From the NCBI GenBank assembly GCA_963716725.1, contig CAVQUB010000024.1, forward strand, positions 1-34,486: 34,486 nt of DNA, written 5' to 3'. Origin of the DNA: an uncultured delta proteobacterium. Its GTDB lineage: Bacteria > Myxococcota_A > Polyangia > Polyangiales > Polyangiaceae. Position 1 is the stretch's first letter. Each line of letters begins with the position of its first letter. A model generated the notes under the pieces. That model made no database searches. It had not been told where the DNA came from and saw only the letters and a program-made list of their open reading frames with translations. Below are positions 29,367-34,486 of the stretch, piece after piece. The position numbers and the translations under genes were made by a program.

Positions 29367-31342
29367 TGTCGAGCTCATCGACCGATGCCTCGCGCGACGC
29401 CACCCTCTCGCTACTCGGGGACGCGCCGCTGATCTCCGAACACCGTCCCGAGGTCAGTTATCACGTCGAGCGCACCATCGGTCGGGGAGGCTTCGCCTAC
29501 GCGGTCCTCGCTCAGCGCCGGGCGCCCGAAGGGACGATCCCGGTCGTGATCAAGCTCATGCGGCCCGAGACCGTGGTCAGCAGCGGCGACATGGTGGCGC
29601 GCCTGTTCAAAAAGGAGGTCGTCGCGCTCGGTCGCCTGAACGAGCGGGTGCCGCCCACTCCCTTCGTCGTTCGATTGCTCGACACCGGCGTCGCGAGCGT
29701 CAGCGATCAGGGCAAGCGTATCGAACTGCCGTGGCTCGCCATCGAGTACGTGCATGGCGGCGTCGAGGGCGAGACGCTCTCGAAACGGGTGCGCTATTCG
29801 CTGAAGCACACCGGGTTTGCTCTCGACCCCGAGCGCGTCGCCCAGATCCTGCGCCAGCTCGTGGCGGCCCTCTCCGAGATCCACGCCTCGGAGATCATCC
29901 ATCGCGACCTCAAGCCCAGCAACGTTCTGTGCTGCGGCTTCGGCGCCGCCGAGATCGCCAAGATCTCCGACTTTGGCATCGCGCGCCCGACTGGCATGGC
30001 ATCGACCTTCGGCGACGTGACGCTGGGCTCGCCGGGCTACATTGCGCCCGAGCAAGTGCACCTCCGCGCCGAGGTGGGGCCGGCCACGGATCTGTTCAGC
30101 CTCGCCGGCGTGGTGTTCTTCATGCTGACGGGCGAGAAGTACTTCGACGTCAAATCGGCGCTCGATGGCGTCATGGCAGCCATGCAGCCAGAACGCCGCA
30201 CCCTCGCTTCGATTCCGACCCTGTCACCGGAGCTTCGCGCGCGCGTTGAGGCGTGCCGCGCCATCGACAGTGTGCTCGCGCGGGCGAGCGCCGCCGATCC
30301 ACGGCATCGGATCCCTTCTGCGGCAGAGCTCGGCGCTCTGCTCTTGCCCTGGCTCGCCACCGGTCCCGGCAGCGGAAAGCCCAGCCAGCGCCTGGTCACC
30401 AGCGTGCTGTCCGCTCGCACTGAGCGCGCTCTGCTCCGGGATCCCGCGACTTGGTCCTGGGAGGCTCGCCAATACCCCGGCGGGAGCCGCGTGATCGTCG
30501 ATCTGGCCTGGGAGAGCGACGGGCACTGTCTGGCGGCCACCGCCCAAGGCCTGAGCTTCTGGGATGGCGGAGGCTGGACCGATCTCACCCCGCCGCCGCT
30601 CTGGCCGATCCACATGGTGCGACGCCTCGGTGCGGGCCGCTTTCTCCTGTCCACGGAGGGTGGTCGTCTCCATTCGCTCATCGCGGACGAAGTCGAAGAG
30701 GTCCTGGCCTGTCCCGATCCGAGTCGCTCGGTCAGCTCGTTCTCCGGCGACTTGGACGATCTTGCGGTGATGGTCGGCGTGCGTGCCGACGCACCCCCCG
30801 CGCTCTTGGCGTTCTGCGGACGTCACTGGTTGCGCCCGCTGCCGGTGGAGGCCGCCGCCAGTATCCCCGGCCTTGCCCGCCTCGATCGAGAGCGCTGGCT
30901 GGTCACCGGGCGGACCCGCACCGGCTCGGGTTTCGCTGCTACCTATAGGCCGCTCGAGTGGCGAATCGATGCCGTTGCCAGTCCGAAAGCACCGGCGCTG
31001 GTGTGCTGCGCCAGCCAGCCGGATCGGGGTGTCGCCATCGCGGCCGGTGGCCGATACGTCGTGCGCGTCGGTCCGAACTCGAAGTCCGAGCTCGAGATCG
31101 GCAACGGCACGCATTGGTCCGCGTGTGCGGTCGACGTGCTCGGCGGTGAGTGGGTCGCCGGCGCCGGCAGCATCTGGTTTTCGCCCGGAGACGCTGCGCC
31201 CTGGCGGGAGGTGTGGCGAGATCTGGCGTGGACAGCGCCTTTCGTCAGCATTCACGCCGACGCCGATCGCGTGGTTCTGGTCACCGCCGACGGGGGCGTG
31301 CTCGAAGGGCGGACGGGTGCCGATTTCCGAGCTGCGCTCTAA
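29366..31342 (+). CDS. Cytoplasmic Ser/Thr kinase with C-terminal beta-propeller-like domain
   Basis: GRGGFA, VIKL, HRDLKPSN, DFG, GSPGYIAPE; Trp/Gly-rich repeats (FWDGGGW, GSIWFS); GTG overlaps the upstream TAG; no obvious TM. Confidence 0.92.
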   Translation: MSSSSTDASRDATLSLLGDAPLISEHRPEVSYHVERTIGRGGFAYAVLAQRRAPEGTIPVVIKLMRPETVVSSGDMVARLFKKEVVALGRLNERVPPTPFVVRLLDTGVASVSDQGKRIELPWLAIEYVHGGVEGETLSKRVRYSLKHTGFALDPERVAQILRQLVAALSEIHASEIIHRDLKPSNVLCCGFGAAEIAKISDFGIARPTGMASTFGDVTLGSPGYIAPEQVHLRAEVGPATDLFSLAGVVFFMLTGEKYFDVKSALDGVMAAMQPERRTLASIPTLSPELRARVEACRAIDSVLARASAADPRHRIPSAAELGALLLPWLATGPGSGKPSQRLVTSVLSARTERALLRDPATWSWEARQYPGGSRVIVDLAWESDGHCLAATAQGLSFWDGGGWTDLTPPPLWPIHMVRRLGAGRFLLSTEGGRLHSLIADEVEEVLACPDPSRSVSSFSGDLDDLAVMVGVRADAPPALLAFCGRHWLRPLPVEAAASIPGLARLDRERWLVTGRTRTGSGFAATYRPLEWRIDAVASPKAPALVCCASQPDRGVAIAAGGRYVVRVGPNSKSELEIGNGTHWSACAVDVLGGEWVAGAGSIWFSPGDAAPWREVWRDLAWTAPFVSIHADADRVVLVTADGGVLEGRTGADFRAAL

Positions 31343-31393
31343 ATTCGAGCCGACGTAGCTGTCCTCGGCCCGTCGGAGCTACGCTGCTGCCCA

Positions 31394-32707
31394 ATGTCGG
31401 ATCGCACCGTCCCCATCGAGCAGACTGGCCGCCTGGTTCGGGCGTTGCGTGTCGAAGTCCTCTCGGGTCCCGAGGCTGGCAGAGAGCTCGTCTCGCGCTC
31501 CGACTCGGTCACCGTCGGCGGAGCCGACGGCAACGATCTGGTCTTGACCGATAAGACCGTCAGTCGTTTTCACCTCGAACTCCGCCGCAGCGCCGGGCGG
31601 ATTTTGGCCATCGACCTGGCTTCGACCAATGGCACCCGCACCGGCGGCGCGCTCCTGCAATCCGGAAGCGCGGTCGTCGATCCTGGCACCGTGCTGGTGC
31701 TCGGAGCGACCAGCTTGCGCGTGGACGACGGCGAGATCGTCGACGTGGGAGAGACGCCGGCGCGACTCGGGGACTTGTTTGGTGACAGCGCGGCGATGCG
31801 CCGCGTGATGGGGCAGGCGAGTCGAGTCGCCGCGACCGACGTGTCGGTGCTCGTGTTCGGAGAGTCGGGGACTGGCAAGGAGCTCCTGGCCAGAGCCATT
31901 CACGACGCGAGCCCCCGCGCCGCCGAGCCATTCGTCACGGTGGACTGCGGGGCCATCACGCCCAGCTTGTTCGCGAGCGAGCTCTTCGGACACGAACGCG
32001 GTGCCTTCACCAGCGCCGACCGCCAGCACATCGGCGCCTTCGAACGGGCCCAGGGCGGCACGGTGTTCCTCGACGAGATCGGCGAGCTTCCACCAGAGCT
32101 GCAGGCCGCCCTTCTGGGCGCCCTGGAGCGCCGCCGAATTCGCCGGGTCGGTGGCAAGGAAGAGATCGCGATCGACCTGCGGCTCGTCTCGGCGACGCAC
32201 CGAGACCTGCGTGCGTTGGTCAACTCGTCGGCCTTCCGCCTCGACCTCTTCTATCGGATCGCCGTGGTCACGCTGTCGGTTCCGCCGCTCCGGGAGCGCC
32301 CGGAAGACATCCCCGGACTGGTGGAGCACTTCCTGCTCGAGGCCGGCCACGCCGGAACCAGCCGGGACCTGTTCGCAGCGGACGCGATGAAGCGCCTGCT
32401 GGGACATAGCTGGCCCGGCAACGCCCGCGAGCTTCGGAATTTCGTCTTGGGTACCCTTGCGCTCGGCGAGCCCGCGAATCTCCACACGGTAGGCGCGGAG
32501 GAGGGCGGCGCAGCGCAGGATCCCTTCACTCGGGTGCTCGATCTGGCGTACCGCGACGCCAAACGGGTGGTCATGGATGACTTCGAACGTCGCTACGTGG
32601 AGCACCTGCTGAAGAAGAGCGGGGGCAACGTGCGCCAGGCCTCGCGTGAGGGGCAGATGGATCGCTCCTATTTGATGGAGCTGATCAAGCGCCACCGGAT
32701 CAAGTGA
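31394..32707 (+). CDS. FHA-domain sigma54 enhancer-binding protein (FHA-AAA+-Fis HTH)
   Basis: VSRFH…STNGT FHA; GESGTGKE; ELFGHERGAFTSA; FLDEIGE; WPGNAREL; GNVRQASR HTH. Confidence 0.96.
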   Translation: MSDRTVPIEQTGRLVRALRVEVLSGPEAGRELVSRSDSVTVGGADGNDLVLTDKTVSRFHLELRRSAGRILAIDLASTNGTRTGGALLQSGSAVVDPGTVLVLGATSLRVDDGEIVDVGETPARLGDLFGDSAAMRRVMGQASRVAATDVSVLVFGESGTGKELLARAIHDASPRAAEPFVTVDCGAITPSLFASELFGHERGAFTSADRQHIGAFERAQGGTVFLDEIGELPPELQAALLGALERRRIRRVGGKEEIAIDLRLVSATHRDLRALVNSSAFRLDLFYRIAVVTLSVPPLRERPEDIPGLVEHFLLEAGHAGTSRDLFAADAMKRLLGHSWPGNARELRNFVLGTLALGEPANLHTVGAEEGGAAQDPFTRVLDLAYRDAKRVVMDDFERRYVEHLLKKSGGNVRQASREGQMDRSYLMELIKRHRIK

Positions 32708-32816
32708 CGCCGTCTGGGGCGGTGCCCGTGGGGTTGGCCTCACCACATGGAAAACCGGGCGACGACCTGGGCGCGTGGGCCTCGCATCTCGTCGCCGGCC
32801 CGGCATCCTTGCGCAT

Positions 32817-34232
32817 TCAGTCTTCGATTCGAGAGCCGCCTCGAAGCTCGTAGCGCTGGAGCAGCCGGTACAAGTACATGCGATCCATCTTCGCCTTGCG
32901 CGCGGCCTTGCTCACATTACCTCCGGCCCAATCGAGAAGGGCCCGGAGGTAGGCTCGCTCGAACTCGCCGATCACCGCTTCTTTGGCGGTCCTGAACGGG
33001 ATCGTGATGTCCGAGTTGGCCGGCGGGCCACCGATGCCCGGTGCGGTCGCGGCCTCGGTCGGCCCGAAACTCTGTCCGCTGGGTCGCTCGCTCGCCGGCG
33101 GCGCGTGGTCCAGAACCACCGCGCGTTCGACGTAGTTTCGGAGTTCTCGGACGTTTCCCGGCCATTCGTAGCGCGACATGTCGTCTACGACTTCCGGCGT
33201 GAACAGGTGCAGGGCCTCTTCGGCGTTGAGCGAGCGCAAGATCACCTGGATGAGCATGGGGATGTCCTGCAAGCGCTTGCGCAAGGGCGGCATGCGCACG
33301 GTCACGACGCCAAGTCGGAAGTAGAGATCTTCGCGGAAGCGGCCCGCGTTGACCTCGCGCTCGAGTCGTCGATTTGTCGCGGCGATGACCCGAACGTCGA
33401 TCTTCCTCGGGTCGTTCTCGCCGGCTCGACGCACCTCGCGCGCTTCGAGGGCACGCAGCAGCTTGGGCTGCATTTCCACCGGCATCTCGCCGATCTCGTC
33501 CAAGAAGATGGTGCCACCGTTGGCCGCTTCGAAGGCACCGGTTCGACTCTTCTCGGCGCCGGTGAAGGAACCTCGCACGTGTCCGAAGAGCTCGCTCTCG
33601 ATCAGGTTGGGCGAGATGGAGCTGCAGTCGACGATGATGAACGGGCCTCCGGCGCGCGGACCGCGGCGGACGATCTCCATGGCGGCTAGCTCCTTGCCGG
33701 TGCCACTCTCGCCTTCGATCAGCACGGTGGACTCACTCTTCGCAACCCGGTCGAGTACGGAGAAGAGCTGTCGCATCGCCATCGACTCACCGAAGAGATC
33801 TCCGAAGGACGACCAGGTCGGAACTTCTTCGATGGCTTCGGGACCGAGTTCCTGAAGTCGCAGCGCCGAATCTCCAAGCTCGATGCGGCACCCCGGGCGA
33901 GGCAGGTCGGCGTCCCGGATCCGCACGCCGTTGACCGTCGTCCCGTTCATCGAACCGCTGTCCGAGACCGTCCAGCCTTGTTCGCTTCGAGTCAGCTGGC
34001 AGTGGAATCTCGAGACCGCGCGGTCGTCGAGCACTACGTCGTTGCTCGGATGGGAGCCGATGCGCAGCACATCACCTTCAAGGATGAGCGCGCGGCCGAT
34101 CTCTCGGTTGCCTTCGCGCTCCACCACCAACTCCAGGCGGGGGATGGCCACCGCCGCCGCGAGCTGCTGCACCGTGGGCAGGTGAATGCCGGCGAGCGTC
34201 GGACGGTCGTCGATCTCGGTCACGGGAAGCAC
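32817..34232 (-). CDS. FHA-domain sigma54 enhancer-binding protein (FHA-AAA+-Fis HTH)
   Basis: VSRFH…SMNGT FHA; GESGTGKE; ESELFGHVRGSFTGA; FLDEIGE; WPGNVREL; GNVSKAARKAKMDR. Confidence 0.96.
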   Translation of the reverse strand: MLPVTEIDDRPTLAGIHLPTVQQLAAAVAIPRLELVVEREGNREIGRALILEGDVLRIGSHPSNDVVLDDRAVSRFHCQLTRSEQGWTVSDSGSMNGTTVNGVRIRDADLPRPGCRIELGDSALRLQELGPEAIEEVPTWSSFGDLFGESMAMRQLFSVLDRVAKSESTVLIEGESGTGKELAAMEIVRRGPRAGGPFIIVDCSSISPNLIESELFGHVRGSFTGAEKSRTGAFEAANGGTIFLDEIGEMPVEMQPKLLRALEAREVRRAGENDPRKIDVRVIAATNRRLEREVNAGRFREDLYFRLGVVTVRMPPLRKRLQDIPMLIQVILRSLNAEEALHLFTPEVVDDMSRYEWPGNVRELRNYVERAVVLDHAPPASERPSGQSFGPTEAATAPGIGGPPANSDITIPFRTAKEAVIGEFERAYLRALLDWAGGNVSKAARKAKMDRMYLYRLLQRYELRGGSRIED

Positions 34233-34396
34233 AGACTAGGGCGGTTTGGGTCGGAATGCAGCGCGACGATGCGCACGAGCCGGCCGCATCCGCTGAGGGC
34301 CAGAGGCCGCAATCTGCTGCCGGTGGCCAGCGGTCAAGAAGCCGCGGGCAGGGACCATCTCGTGCGAATTCCAGCAGTTAGCGGCGCGGTGCGCCC

Positions 34397-34412
34397 TGGA
34401 ACGAAGCTTGTA
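34397..34412 (+). promoter_or_regulatory. Putative sigma54 -24/-12 promoter
   Basis: TGGAACG-AAGC-TTGTA vs consensus TGGCACG-N4-TTGCW; correct GG-N10 spacing. Confidence 0.6.
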
Positions 34413-34426
34413 TTGCTCAGCGCACG

Positions 34427-34486
34427 ATGAAGCGCGTGATGGCGGCACTGATTGCGACCCTGCTCCTCACCGCGATCCCGGTGCGA
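34427..34486 (+). CDS. 5' end of an exported protein (truncated by window edge)
   Basis: MKRVMAALIATLLLTAIPVR is a Sec signal peptide pattern. Confidence 0.65.
   Translation, partial: MKRVMAALIATLLLTAIPVR

Noticed and set aside
32708..32816. Bidirectional terminator between the convergent EBP genes
   Set aside because: Only weak imperfect stems and no U-tract, so not supportable.

Overview
GC-rich (~70%) bacterial chromosomal window. The gene content (4 Hanks Ser/Thr kinases plus a pseudokinase, FHA-sigma54 activators, a GYF-domain protein, Pro-rich linkers, MopE-like Cys motifs) points to a myxobacterium, probably Polyangiales; this is an inference. From left to right: an IS4-family (IS50/Tn5-like) element inserted into a hairpin-rich MITE/REP-like repeat; a CreD-like membrane protein; a GYF membrane protein; a TehB-like methyltransferase divergent from three tandem AIM24/TIGR00266 genes; a SahR-like regulator with ahcY (1-bp frameshift); an RHH-FHA protein; a frameshift-split 528-aa lipoprotein; a parvulin; a lipocalin-like lipoprotein; a pseudokinase / 5'-nucleotidase / PilZ run; prfC; a Spy/CpxP-like protein with an OmpR two-component system; a kinase cluster containing an uncalled 58-aa zinc-ribbon gene; and two convergent FHA-sigma54 activators next to a -24/-12 promoter. 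The best novelty candidate is the 528-aa lipoprotein (12586-14173). Once a 1-bp insertion is removed, its N-terminal domain resembles a bacterial gasdermin pore-forming domain, but it carries an export signal and has no neighbouring protease. That fold call is by eye and needs HMM or structure confirmation.
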